From Candidatus Latescibacterota bacterium (lineage in GTDB: Bacteria > Latescibacterota > UBA2968 > UBA8231): 64,000 nt of DNA. The position numbers and the translations under genes were made by a program. The notes beneath the pieces are model-generated. The model worked only from the letters and a program-made list of their open reading frames with translations. It ran no database searches and was not told the DNA's origin. Every line of letters begins with the position of its first letter. Within the stretch, counting starts at the first letter, position 1. Location of the stretch: assembly GCA_965221775.1 (NCBI GenBank), contig CBDCSU010000004.1, forward strand, positions 64,001 to 128,000, given 5' to 3'. Below are positions 19,444 to 29,378 of this stretch, piece after piece.

Positions 19444-19582
19444 CGAGAATGGTCGCCTCCCTATCTGGTCCGCGTCGGGCAGGCCCGGCCCCCCGGCGAA
19501 GGCGCCACGAAGGAAGCTCCGCATCGAGGCATGGAACGGTGCCTGTTCTCACACACTCTGGCCCGGAAAGGATGGGTATGAG

Positions 19583-20495
19583 ATGGAAGCTCTGTTGTTC
19601 TTCGCCTGCATCCTCTCTCTGAATCACGGTGGGTAGGTCCACGGCCCAGACCGCCGATCAGCAGCTCATCGTCTGCGGATGGGATGAGGTCTACATCCTC
19701 GATCTTGCCGATCGCGATGACTCGGGCCCTCGGAAGGTCTGGAGCTGGCGGGCGGCCGGGCGGGACGACCTGCCCGAGGCCTACCATTCACTGTTCAACA
19801 CGACGGACGAATGCAAGCCCTTCGACGAGGGACGGAAGGTCCTGATCACCTCCTCCGGGGGCGCAGTCGCCTATGTCGACCGCGACTCGGACAGGGTTCT
19901 GTTCTACGGGCGGGCGGCCAATGCGCATTCCGCTGATCTGCTGCCGGCAGGCCGAGTCGCGGTAGCGGCATCGCATTCCCAGGATGGGAAGGGAGATCGG
20001 CTCATCATTTTCGACCAGGATCAGCCGGAGGTGGAGCTGTGGAGCGAAGAGCTGCCTTGGGGACACGGGGCTGTCTGGGACGAGGGCCGCCAGGTGCTCT
20101 GGGCCTTGTCGGATGACGATCTCCGTGTCTTCGAGCTCAGGTCGTGGGATACCGATGCCCCCGGGCTTGAGCGCGTGGCAACGGTCCGTCTGCCCGAGCG
20201 CGGCGGGCACGATCTCTATCCGGTCCCGGGGACGCCCTACCTGGCCTTCTCCACGAACCGGCACTGTTGGCTGTTTGATCGGGACACCAGGGAGGTGCTG
20301 CTGCATCCCGACCTGGGGGAGTTGGCGCACGTGAAGAGCATCAGCCAGCATCCGGCCACAGGACAGCGGGTTCACCTGATGGGCGAAGGCGGCCACTGGT
20401 GGTCGGAGAACCTGTACTTCACCAAGCCGGCCGACACGCTCCACGTTCCGGGGGAGCACTTCTACAAGGCGCGCTGGAACATCCGGGTGGAGTGA
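19583..20495 (+). CDS. DUF6528-like beta-propeller protein; signal peptide separated by an apparent +1 frameshift near 19622
   Basis: DECKP, LITSSGGAV, NAHSADLLP, HGAVWD, GGHDL, FYKARW; intact ORF only from GTG 19629. Confidence 0.7.
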
Positions 20496-20562
20496 TCGGT
20501 ATCTGCCCAGGTACTCGCGTATTCAGCCGGCGGCTGTGGCGCTGGCGGCGGGAGATGAAGGA

Positions 20563-23160
20563 ATGAAGCTGCGGGACTCCATGGAGCTGGGCGGCCGTCA
20601 CCTGCTGGGATGGCTCGACCCGGAGCGGGACCACCTGCCCGTGGGAAGCTGGGCGATCACCCACGACCTTGGCCGCTGGTGGGACGCCATGCTGCGGCTG
20701 GAGGCGGCCACCGGGTTCGTCATCCCCGGCCACCTGGAGGGCGCCAGCCTGCGCAACCTGCACTGGCTCACCGACAATCCGGACGGGCTGCTGTGGGTGC
20801 CGCGCGGGCTCGACTGGCAGAAGATGAAGTTCGAGTTCCACAGCTTCCGCGAGGGCATCCTGGCCTTCGCCGCCCTGGCCCGCTTCCGCAACAGCGCCTG
20901 GGCGAGGCAGGCCGGGCGCCGCTACCTGGAGTCGATCGATCGGGGCCTGCGACCCGACGGCTCGTGGGACGTGAACGCCTTCGCCTACATCGACGAGTAC
21001 CGGCGCGGCGACAACCTGGAGCCCGGCCACACGCCGGAGAACGAGACCCGCTTCCAGCTGACCGTCTCCCACGGGCGCTGCATCGAGGCGCTGATCTGGT
21101 ATCACCGCTGGACGGGGGACCCCCTGGCCATGGACCTGGCCGACCGCCTGGCGGCGTTCCACCTGACGTACTCCACCACCGACGAGGGCACCATCCCCGG
21201 CCCTCTCGCGGCGGCGGACAGCGCCCAGGGGGACCGCCAGTCCTACCTCTACACCTTGTGCGGCCTGCTGCTCCACGGCGTGACCACGGGCCAGGCGGAG
21301 TACGTCGACGCGGTGGTCCGCACCTATGCCGCCGGGGTGCCGCGGATCGTCAACGAGTGCGGCTGGGTGGCCCACGACCTCGGGCGCCTGGTATTCCCCG
21401 ACGAGACGGGGAATCCCCTGGCCAACACCGAGTCCACGGGCGCGGCGGCGCGGCTGGCCCTGTGGATGGGCATCCACCACGACGCCGCCTGCTACGACGA
21501 CGTGGAGCGCCTGGTGCGGGCCCGCCTCTTTCCGGGACAGACCACCGAGGCGGATCTGCGCGGCCTGCCCGAGGAGGCGCGGGACGCAAAGGCGATCGGT
21601 GGGTGGGGGGGCAACGACTACCCCCACGCCGGCAAGGGCTACAACCCCAGCGGCACCGCCGAGATCGTGCACACCCTGAGCGCCATCTACCGGAACGTGG
21701 CCACCCGCGGTCAGAACGGACTGTCCGTCAACCTGCACTTCGACTACGAGGACGCGAGCGTGCGGGTGGTCGTGGAGCGCGGCGAGGACTCCCGGCTCAC
21801 GGTCGTGCCCCGGGCCCGCGGCGACATCCGGGTGCGGCTGCCGGGCTGGGCGACGGCGGGGAGCGTGCGGATCACTGTCGACGGGGAGCCCGTGGCCGTG
21901 CGCCGGGTGGGGGCCTACGCCTGCCTGACGCGGGAGCAGGTCGGCCCGGGCAGCGAGATCGTCCTGAGCCACGACCTGCCGGTGCGGCGGACCCGGGAGA
22001 CGATGCCGGCGGGGGAGACCTACGAGTTCGCCTGGAAGGGCGACGAGATCACCGGTGTCCATCCGAACGAGCAGCCCCTGCCGTTCTATCCCACCCTGGA
22101 CGATCCCGAGGGGGCGGAGGCCGGGGCCTGCGGATCCGGCGAGACACCCGGGATCGAAGCCTGGTTCGAGGCGGTCCGCTCCCGGGACCTCGACCGGGTG
22201 CGTGCGGTCCTCGACGCGGATCCCTCCCTGGTGGACCGGCGCATCGCCGACCTGTCCGCCGATCCCTGGACGGAGGCCGCTCCCGGGGATCGCAAGAGCA
22301 ACACGGCCCTCCACTGGGCCGCGGTGCGCGGCTGGCAGGAGGCATCCCTCGCAGGCCTGGCGCAAACCCTCATCGACTACGGCGCCGACGTCGACGCCAT
22401 GGGCTACAACGGCAACAAGGGCGTGGCGCCGGCCGTGGTCCTGGCCGCCTGGGAGGGCGACCTCGAGGTCCTGCGCGTGCTCCTGGAGAACGGCGCCGAT
22501 CCCAACCGCCCGGCCTCGGCCGAGTCGGCCCTCTACACCGCCATCGAGCACACGGAGCCGGATGCGCCCGAGCCCAACAAGGTGAGCCTGCTGCTGGAGC
22601 ACGGCGCCGAGCACGACATCTTCACGGCGGCCATGACCGGCCGGACCGCCCTCGTGGAGTCGCTGCTGGACGAGTACGATCCCCTCATCGACCGCCGCAG
22701 CCTCAAGCGCAACCGCACGCCCTTGGAGGAGGCCGTCCACTTCGGGCGCTGGGAGACGGCGGAGCGGCTCGTCGAGAGGGGGGCGGCGGTCTCGGTGCAT
22801 GCAGCCGCGGCCCTGGGCCGGACCGATCTCCTGGCAAGCATCCTGGATGAAGACGGGGAGCAGTTGGAAGCGCGGGACGACAGCCGGGAGACGCCCCTGC
22901 TCACGGCCGCCCGCCACGGCCGCGCCGAGGCCGTCGAGCTGCTGCTGCGCAGGGGAGCGGACCCCGACACCGAGAACCGCTGGCAGATCGGTGCCCTGCG
23001 CGAGGCGGTCGGGCGAGGTCACGCGCGGGCGGCGGAGCTGCTCCTGGCGGCCGGCGCCGATCCGGCGAAGGTCGACCGCGCCGGAAAGACCGCCGGCGAG
23101 CTGGCAGATCCAGCGGACCGGGCGCTGATCGAGGTGCTCGACCGGTACGAGGCGCGATGA
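20563..23160 (+). CDS. GH127/GH146-like (alpha/alpha)6 glycoside hydrolase fused to C-terminal ankyrin repeats
   Basis: HDLGRWWDAMLR, ESTG, YDDVERLVRARL, VRLPGWA beta-sandwich; ankyrin motifs NTALHWAA, RTPLEEAV, ETPLLTAA. Confidence 0.75.
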   Translation: MKLRDSMELGGRHLLGWLDPERDHLPVGSWAITHDLGRWWDAMLRLEAATGFVIPGHLEGASLRNLHWLTDNPDGLLWVPRGLDWQKMKFEFHSFREGILAFAALARFRNSAWARQAGRRYLESIDRGLRPDGSWDVNAFAYIDEYRRGDNLEPGHTPENETRFQLTVSHGRCIEALIWYHRWTGDPLAMDLADRLAAFHLTYSTTDEGTIPGPLAAADSAQGDRQSYLYTLCGLLLHGVTTGQAEYVDAVVRTYAAGVPRIVNECGWVAHDLGRLVFPDETGNPLANTESTGAAARLALWMGIHHDAACYDDVERLVRARLFPGQTTEADLRGLPEEARDAKAIGGWGGNDYPHAGKGYNPSGTAEIVHTLSAIYRNVATRGQNGLSVNLHFDYEDASVRVVVERGEDSRLTVVPRARGDIRVRLPGWATAGSVRITVDGEPVAVRRVGAYACLTREQVGPGSEIVLSHDLPVRRTRETMPAGETYEFAWKGDEITGVHPNEQPLPFYPTLDDPEGAEAGACGSGETPGIEAWFEAVRSRDLDRVRAVLDADPSLVDRRIADLSADPWTEAAPGDRKSNTALHWAAVRGWQEASLAGLAQTLIDYGADVDAMGYNGNKGVAPAVVLAAWEGDLEVLRVLLENGADPNRPASAESALYTAIEHTEPDAPEPNKVSLLLEHGAEHDIFTAAMTGRTALVESLLDEYDPLIDRRSLKRNRTPLEEAVHFGRWETAERLVERGAAVSVHAAAALGRTDLLASILDEDGEQLEARDDSRETPLLTAARHGRAEAVELLLRRGADPDTENRWQIGALREAVGRGHARAAELLLAAGADPAKVDRAGKTAGELADPADRALIEVLDRYEAR

Positions 23161-24260
23161 CACCGGGACAGACGAAGGGGTTCTGGCAGCGGGCCTTCCT
23201 CTCGGAGGAGCAGCGGCCGCTCACGCCCGCCGAGTCGGCGCTGGTCATCGCCGCCACCTACGGCGCGGCGTACTCGGAGGAGAAGAGCTTCAGCAGCTAC
23301 ACGCTGAAAGCCCGTCACCTGTCTCCCGACGTCGGCCGGATGACGGAGCTGATCGAGGCGGAGCCCGGCCTCCTCGAGTCGATCGGCCCGGCGCTCGCCT
23401 GCCTGACCACGACGCTCCCCGGATGCGCGGCGAGCCTGAAGCTCCTGCTGGAGCGCGGCGTGCCCCTGCGCATCGACCCGGGGGAGTACAACGTCCTCCA
23501 CGAGGCCAGGGCCGGGACGGCGCGGGTCGTCTTTGAGGCAGGGGCGGCCGATGCGACCGGGGTGGCGCCCACGGTGCACACGGGCTGGCCGAACAACGTC
23601 TCCCTCCTCTACTGGCCCGCCGTCTTCGGCGGCAGCGAGGACGCGGTGGAGCACGTCGAGGTCCTCCTCGACCACGGCGCCGATCCCGAGGTCAGGATCC
23701 AGGGCAACGGCGAGCGCGGGAACACGGTCCTGCAGGAGGCGGTCTCCCCCTACGGTCCCGGGCAGGAAGGGAAGCGGCGCGTGGCCCGCAAGCTGATCGA
23801 GCGCGGCGCCTTCTACGACCTGCTCTCCGCCTGCGGCCTGGACGACCTGGCCCGGGTGCGGGAGTGCGCTCGCGAGGCCGATGTCGTCGGCTGCCGGGGC
23901 GAGGCGGAGATGACGCCCCTGCACTGGGCGGCCCGGGCGGGTGCCATGGATTGCGCGAGGTGGCTGCTGGACCGGGGCGCCGAGATCGATGCCGTCACCA
24001 AGGCCGGCAACACGCCGCTGCACCTGGCGGCGGAGCGGGGCGCGGCCGAGGCCGTGTGGCTGCTCATCGGCCGCGGCGCCGACATGAGCGCCCAGGACAA
24101 GAAGGGCCGCACGCCCCTGCACCGGGCGACCTACAACGGACACGTCGACGCCGCCGAGGCGCTGATCGTCTGCGGCGCCGACACGACGATCGAGACGAGG
24201 ACGGGCAAGACGCCCCTGCAGCTGGCCCAGCTGGACTGCAAGTACTTGCGGGGCGGCTGA
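23157..24260 (+). CDS. Ankyrin repeat protein
   Basis: MTPLHWAA, GNTPLHLAA, GRTPLHRA, GKTPLQLA; ATGA overlap with the upstream gene; ends KYLRGG. Confidence 0.9.
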   Translation: MTPGQTKGFWQRAFLSEEQRPLTPAESALVIAATYGAAYSEEKSFSSYTLKARHLSPDVGRMTELIEAEPGLLESIGPALACLTTTLPGCAASLKLLLERGVPLRIDPGEYNVLHEARAGTARVVFEAGAADATGVAPTVHTGWPNNVSLLYWPAVFGGSEDAVEHVEVLLDHGADPEVRIQGNGERGNTVLQEAVSPYGPGQEGKRRVARKLIERGAFYDLLSACGLDDLARVRECAREADVVGCRGEAEMTPLHWAARAGAMDCARWLLDRGAEIDAVTKAGNTPLHLAAERGAAEAVWLLIGRGADMSAQDKKGRTPLHRATYNGHVDAAEALIVCGADTTIETRTGKTPLQLAQLDCKYLRGG

Positions 24261-24341
24261 GGGGATCCCGCCTCCCGGCGGTGGTCTACCCCAGGTGGCA
24301 GCCGTTCGCCGCCCGGACCAGGAGTTGCCCGCGCCAGGGGA

Positions 24342-25868
24342 TCAGATCCGCGCCGGCGCCAGGGTCCAGGCCTGCAGCGAACTCACCCTCGCCCTGCCCC
24401 CGCGCACGAAGAGGCTGATGCCGGTGCTGTCTCTCCGCGTCGGATAGATGCGCTGGGTCACGCACTGCCGGCGGTTGGCGAAGACCTCGAGGATGGAGCG
24501 ATCGAGGAAGATTCTCAGGGTCAGCGGCTCCCCCCGGGCCAGCTCCAACGGCCCTTCCTGGGCGGTGACGTACTCGTCGCTCCCGGCCAGGCGCGGCTGC
24601 GGCTTGCGGTAGCGGGTGTAGCGGATCCCCCGGTCGAGTGTCGACCGGCTGACGTCGACCCGAAGCACCGCCGCTTTCGAGTCCCAGGAGAGGGCGGTCT
24701 CCTCCTCGCCTCCCGGGGCGCGCCGCACCTTCAGGCCCACCTCTCGCGCCTCCCGGGGATCGATCTCGACGGCCAGCTCCAGGCAGTCGCCGCCGATCCC
24801 CTCGACGGGCACCTCGGAATCGGCGGCCAGGTCGATGGACCCCGGCCGGCGGTGATCGAGGCGCAGCACCTCCAGCTCCGGGACGGGATCGATCTGCAGA
24901 CCGCCGCCCGGCCCCAGGGACAACACCCGGGGAGCGGTCATGACCCCGGACCAACCGGATGCGCGCTCCGCCTCGACGCCGCGCAGCTCGCGGATCCAGT
25001 CGAGGAAGACGCGCCGGCCTCCGGCGTCCAGCAGGGTGCGGGGACCGCCGAGATGACCGCCTTCCCAGCTCATGCGTCCGTGGACGTCCGGCAGGAACCG
25101 CTCCCCCCGGAGCCGGCCGATGTAGTACTGGGTTCCCTGCAGGTGGCTGCAGAACACCAGCATGTGCCGGTCGCCGAGGGGGAAGAAGTCCGGCACGGCG
25201 CAGTCCTCACCTCCTTCCGTCCACTCCCGCCGCGACTCGTAGAGCTGGCCGGCGAACTCCCAGCTCCGCAGGTCCCCGGACCGGAAGAGGTACGCCGCGT
25301 CCCCCTGGCCTTCAGGGTCGCGCTTGTTGACCGCGGCGTAGTAGAGGCCGCCCTCCCGCCAGCCGCAGGGGTCGTGGATGGTGTAGCGTCCGAAGTCGGC
25401 GCTGCCTTCGGCCGGCTGGGGGATCACCGGATTGTCCGGGTCCCGGGTCCACTCGATCAGCAGATCGTCGCGGCTGCGGGCGAGACACAGGCCGCCGGGG
25501 TTGCCGTAGTAGATCAGCGTCGGCACCCCTTCCGCATCGACCAGGGCGCCGCCGCTGAAGCAGCCGATGCGGTCCGGGCCGTCCGCTTGCGGCGTCAGCG
25601 CCACCGGATGGTGGACCCAGTGCACGAGGTCGGCGCTCGACGCGTGGCCCCACTGGATCCGGTTCCAGTAGGCGCCCTCGGGGTTGAGCTGGTAGAAGAT
25701 GTGGTAGCGCCCCTTCCAGTAGAGGGCCCCGTTGATGTCGTTCATCCAGGCCGCCGGCGGTGTGAAGTGCCAGGCCGGCCGGTGCGGATCGCGGGCGAAG
25801 CCGGCGGCGAGGTCGGCCGCCTCCCGGATGCGCGCCTCCATCTGCTCTATCCGGTCTTCGGAAGTCAT
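24342..25868 (-). CDS. Glycoside hydrolase family 32 (beta-fructosidase-like)
   Basis: HRPAWHF..WMNDING, YHIFYQ, WGHASSADLVHW, CFSG, HDP, C-terminal LRIFLDRSILEVF. Confidence 0.9.
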   Translation of the reverse strand: MTSEDRIEQMEARIREAADLAAGFARDPHRPAWHFTPPAAWMNDINGALYWKGRYHIFYQLNPEGAYWNRIQWGHASSADLVHWVHHPVALTPQADGPDRIGCFSGGALVDAEGVPTLIYYGNPGGLCLARSRDDLLIEWTRDPDNPVIPQPAEGSADFGRYTIHDPCGWREGGLYYAAVNKRDPEGQGDAAYLFRSGDLRSWEFAGQLYESRREWTEGGEDCAVPDFFPLGDRHMLVFCSHLQGTQYYIGRLRGERFLPDVHGRMSWEGGHLGGPRTLLDAGGRRVFLDWIRELRGVEAERASGWSGVMTAPRVLSLGPGGGLQIDPVPELEVLRLDHRRPGSIDLAADSEVPVEGIGGDCLELAVEIDPREAREVGLKVRRAPGGEEETALSWDSKAAVLRVDVSRSTLDRGIRYTRYRKPQPRLAGSDEYVTAQEGPLELARGEPLTLRIFLDRSILEVFANRRQCVTQRIYPTRRDSTGISLFVRGGRARVSSLQAWTLAPARI

Positions 25869-26042
25869 GGTGCCTCTCGTGGGTGAAGGACGTCACTGTG
25901 GCCGAGGGAACGGACCCCCGGAATCCTCCGTCCCTATGTTATGTGCGGCCGGCCCGGGAGGCAGCGGTGTTCGGCGAGGACATCCTCCGCGACGAGAGCA
26001 CCCACTCGGAGAGAGGGAGCGCATCCTGCGCGACTGGCCCCT

Positions 26043-27407
26043 GTGACGATCGAGGACCCCGCGGACGGGGACAGCATCGAAGGGCGGATCGACGAGTGGC
26101 GCGCCCGCGTGGGGGCAGGTATCCCCGCCTCCGAGCTGGAGGAGCACGAGCGCCGCCTCCGGGAAGAGGTGTCCTGCCTCGAGCAGGCCGGCCTCGACAC
26201 CGACGAAGCCTTCCTGGTGGCGGTCCGGCGGATCGGCCGCCTCGACCCGGAGTCCGGGCGGTTCGCGCCGGCCGACGCGGGCGGCCTGTGGAAGCAGCTC
26301 GTCGCCCGCCCCGCGGCCGGGGAATCCCGGACCTCGAAACGCGAGATCCTCATCGTCCTCGGCCTCGCCGCGGCGTCCGCGGTTGCGGTGAAGGTCCCCG
26401 AGCTGTTCGGCTGCCGCATGTTCGACGGTTGCGAGAGCTTCCACGCCCGCAACCTCAGCCTGTTCTGCCTGCCGCTGCTGACCGCGTACTTCGTCTGGAG
26501 CCGCGGGCTGGATGCGGGGGCGGTCCTCAGGCTGGCCCTGCCCTTCGCCGCGGCGGCTCTCTTCGCCAACCTCTACCCCTTCGTGCCCGGCGGCTCCACC
26601 GAGGCGCTCACGGCCCTGCACCTGCCCATCGCCCTGTGGCTGGTGGTCGGGGTCGCCCACGCCGGCGGGGGCTGGGCCTCCTCCCGCCGGCGCATGGAGT
26701 TCGTGCGGTTCTCCGGCGAGCTGTTCATCCTCTACGTGCTCATCGCCCTCGGCGGCGGCGTCCTGACCGGGGTCACGGGGATGATGTTCGCCGCCATCGG
26801 TATCGACGTGGAGAGGTGGGGGCCGCTGCTGCTGCCGAGCGCGGCCCTGGGGGCGGTCGTCGTCGCCGCCTGGCTGGCGGAGGTCAGGCAGGAGGCCGCG
26901 GCGAACATCGCTCCGCTGCTGACGCGCATCTTCACACCGCTCTTCGCCGCGGTCCTGCTCGCCTTCCTCGGAGCGATGGCCTGGACCGACAGCGGCCTCG
27001 TCGAGGCGCGGGAAGTACTGATCGGCTTCGACCTGCTGTTGGCGCTGGTTCTCGGCCTGCTGCTCTACGGGGTCTCGTCGCGCGATTCCGGAGCGCCTCC
27101 CGGCCTCTTCGACCTGGTTCAGCTGCTGCTGTTGCTGGCCGCCCTCGCGGCGGACGCGGTCGCCCTGGCGGCGATCGGGGCGCGCATCTCCGAGTTCGGC
27201 TTCAGCGCCAACAAGGCGGCGGCCCTCGGCGAGAACCTCGTGCTGCTCGTCAACCTCGCCGGGTCCGCCTGGCTCTACGCGCGGTTCCTGCGAGGCCGCG
27301 GTTCCTTCGCCGCCCTGGAGCGCTGGCAGACCGCCTACCTGCCGGTCTATGCTGTCTGGGCGGGTATCGTCGCCTTTATCTTCCCGCCGCTCTTCGGCTA
27401 CGGCTGA
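26043..27407 (+). CDS. Membrane protein with permease-prefix (HAAS-like) N-terminal domain, DUF4153-like
   Basis: ELEEHERRLREEV..LEQAGLDTDEAFLVAVRRIG followed by about 10 TM segments; FSANKAAALGENL; start uncertain. Confidence 0.8.
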   Translation: MTIEDPADGDSIEGRIDEWRARVGAGIPASELEEHERRLREEVSCLEQAGLDTDEAFLVAVRRIGRLDPESGRFAPADAGGLWKQLVARPAAGESRTSKREILIVLGLAAASAVAVKVPELFGCRMFDGCESFHARNLSLFCLPLLTAYFVWSRGLDAGAVLRLALPFAAAALFANLYPFVPGGSTEALTALHLPIALWLVVGVAHAGGGWASSRRRMEFVRFSGELFILYVLIALGGGVLTGVTGMMFAAIGIDVERWGPLLLPSAALGAVVVAAWLAEVRQEAAANIAPLLTRIFTPLFAAVLLAFLGAMAWTDSGLVEAREVLIGFDLLLALVLGLLLYGVSSRDSGAPPGLFDLVQLLLLLAALAADAVALAAIGARISEFGFSANKAAALGENLVLLVNLAGSAWLYARFLRGRGSFAALERWQTAYLPVYAVWAGIVAFIFPPLFGYG

Positions 27408-27489
27408 GCCCGAGGCCTCGCCCAGCCCGGGGGGGCATCCGCCCGCCGGCGGCACCATCCTCCGTCTCTACACCAGCGAGGGTCAGACC

Positions 27490-28329
27490 ATGAGCGACAT
27501 CAACGAAATCGGCGCCACCGCATTCGTCATCGCCTCCATCCGGTCGATGGAGTCCGGGCAGTCCCGGCCCCTCTTCAGCGACCCGTACGCGGAGTGGTTC
27601 TCCAACGAGCCGGCCCTGGCCGCCGCCCGGCAGCTGGACGCCGTCTTTCCCCCCTCCACCAACATGGTCCGCTTCCGCACACGTTTCTTCAACGGCTTCA
27701 TCGAGAGCGGCCTCGAGGCGGGGGCCCGCCAGGTCGTCCTCCTCGGGGGCGGCTTCGACATGCGCGCCCACCTCTACGGCGGCACCGGCGCCGCCTTCTT
27801 CGAGGTCGACCAGCAGGCCGTCCTCGACTTCAAGGGCGCCGTCCTCGGCCGCCACGGCATCCAGCCGCCGCCGTCGCTGCCCGGCAACTATCTCGAGGCC
27901 GACGTCCCCGGGGGACTGGCCGGCGCCGGCTTCGATCCCGCGGCCCCGACCCTGATCGTCTGGGAAGGCAACACCATGTACCTGCCTCCCGAGACGATCA
28001 TGCCCTTCCTCAACCGCCTCGCCGGGGCCGTCTCCTCCTTCCGCATCGCCTTCGACTACTTCGCCGTCGACCTGCAGAGCCGCGACTTCGAGACCGAGGC
28101 GGACCGCCGGAGACTCGAGGGCGTGGAGAAGGCGATGGGCGCCTCCTTCCCCACCGGGTTCCCCGACCTCGGCGTCTTCGAGAACCAGACGCCCCTCACG
28201 GTGGCCGAGTCCGGGACCTTCGCCGACCTGGGTGAGGAGTACGGACTGGGCGCCATGGTGGCCGCCTACCCGGAGGACTGGCGGGAGACGCTCAAGCTCT
28301 ACCGGTACTGCGTGCTGGCCAAGGGTTAG
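27490..28329 (+). CDS. SAM-dependent methyltransferase, LCM/TIGR00027-like
   Basis: LFSDPYA, RTRFF, QVVLLGGGFDMRA, FEVDQ, PTLIVWEG. Confidence 0.9.
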   Translation: MSDINEIGATAFVIASIRSMESGQSRPLFSDPYAEWFSNEPALAAARQLDAVFPPSTNMVRFRTRFFNGFIESGLEAGARQVVLLGGGFDMRAHLYGGTGAAFFEVDQQAVLDFKGAVLGRHGIQPPPSLPGNYLEADVPGGLAGAGFDPAAPTLIVWEGNTMYLPPETIMPFLNRLAGAVSSFRIAFDYFAVDLQSRDFETEADRRRLEGVEKAMGASFPTGFPDLGVFENQTPLTVAESGTFADLGEEYGLGAMVAAYPEDWRETLKLYRYCVLAKG

Positions 28330-28367
28330 GCGATCCCCCGGGCGCCACGGCCGAGCGACCAGCGGCC

Positions 28368-28464
28368 GGCCGCCCTCGGGGAGAACCTCGTCCTCCTCGT
28401 CAACCTGGGCTGGTTCGCCTGGTTCTACGTGCGCTTCCCGCCCCTGTTCGGTAACGGCTGAGCC
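28368..28464 (+). repeat. Degenerate, internally deleted copy of the 3' end of the 26043-27407 gene
   Basis: Matches ~27218-27287 joined directly to ~27381-27410 (GAGAACCTCG..CAACCT..CGCCTGG..TTCCCGCC..TTCGG..ACGGCTGAGCC). Confidence 0.85.
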
Positions 28465-28465
28465 G

Positions 28466-29242
28466 TCAATCCGGCTGCACGATGAAGCGGGCCAGCTCCC
28501 TGCCGCGCGGGGACAGGGTCTCGTAGAGCTCTCGCGGCAGCGACGGACTCAGATCGGGCAGGCGGAACCACGGCGCCAGGTACCCGACGCTGGTCATCGG
28601 CCGGATCTCGTCGGATTGATTGGCCGTGCCCCCGTGCCAGCATCGCACGTCCCGGATGACCGCCGTTCCGGCGGGGGCACAGAGGATCGACTCCTTCATG
28701 CGCGCCGGCTCTTCCTCCATCGCCGGCACCGGCTGGCGGGTGCGGTGGGTTCCCGGCACGAACCGGATGGCGCCGTTGATCCTCCTGAACTCGACCATCA
28801 GGAAGTTCACGACGATGTACGGCGTCGGCACGTCGTGGAGCGTCACCTGCCCCAGCGGATCGTCGAGGAGATCCCGGATATCGGCGTGCAGGTGCTGCTC
28901 CTTCGCGCCGGGAGCCGAGTAGTCGCCGCCGCCGCCGGAACAGATGAAGTCGGGACTCCTCCAGATCGCCTCCACGATGGGGAGGATGGCCGGCAGGTCG
29001 ATGAGCTGCACCCATTCCGGGTGGTGCAGCTGCGGCCCGAAGGAGTAGCGGGCATGGCCCCGGTTGGCGCTCTCGAGGGGGACCTCCGCCATCTGCCGCG
29101 CGATGACGCGGGAGGCGCCCGCCCGGGCGAACTCGAGCTGGTCGGGGCTGAGCGCATCCGAGATGGGGACGAACCCGTCCCGGTGGAAGACGGCAGCCGC
29201 CCTGTCGACCTCCGAGGAACCGAGGATCTCGACATCGAGCAT
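28466..29242 (-). CDS. Phytanoyl-CoA dioxygenase (PhyH) family Fe(II)/2OG dioxygenase
   Basis: FHRDGFV, QHLHAD (HxD), NGAIRFVPGTH, WHGGTAN. Confidence 0.9.
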   Translation of the reverse strand: MLDVEILGSSEVDRAAAVFHRDGFVPISDALSPDQLEFARAGASRVIARQMAEVPLESANRGHARYSFGPQLHHPEWVQLIDLPAILPIVEAIWRSPDFICSGGGGDYSAPGAKEQHLHADIRDLLDDPLGQVTLHDVPTPYIVVNFLMVEFRRINGAIRFVPGTHRTRQPVPAMEEEPARMKESILCAPAGTAVIRDVRCWHGGTANQSDEIRPMTSVGYLAPWFRLPDLSPSLPRELYETLSPRGRELARFIVQPD

Positions 29243-29378
29243 GAGGACAATCCCTTCTCCGGGTCCCGGGCCCCGGCCCGTGGTCGCGGCTCCCCTCAGT
29301 CCTGGCCGATATAGTATAGCTTGAGCTTCGATTCCCCGGCGCCGATCCGCGCCTCCTCGAACCTCACCGGAGGGCCAC

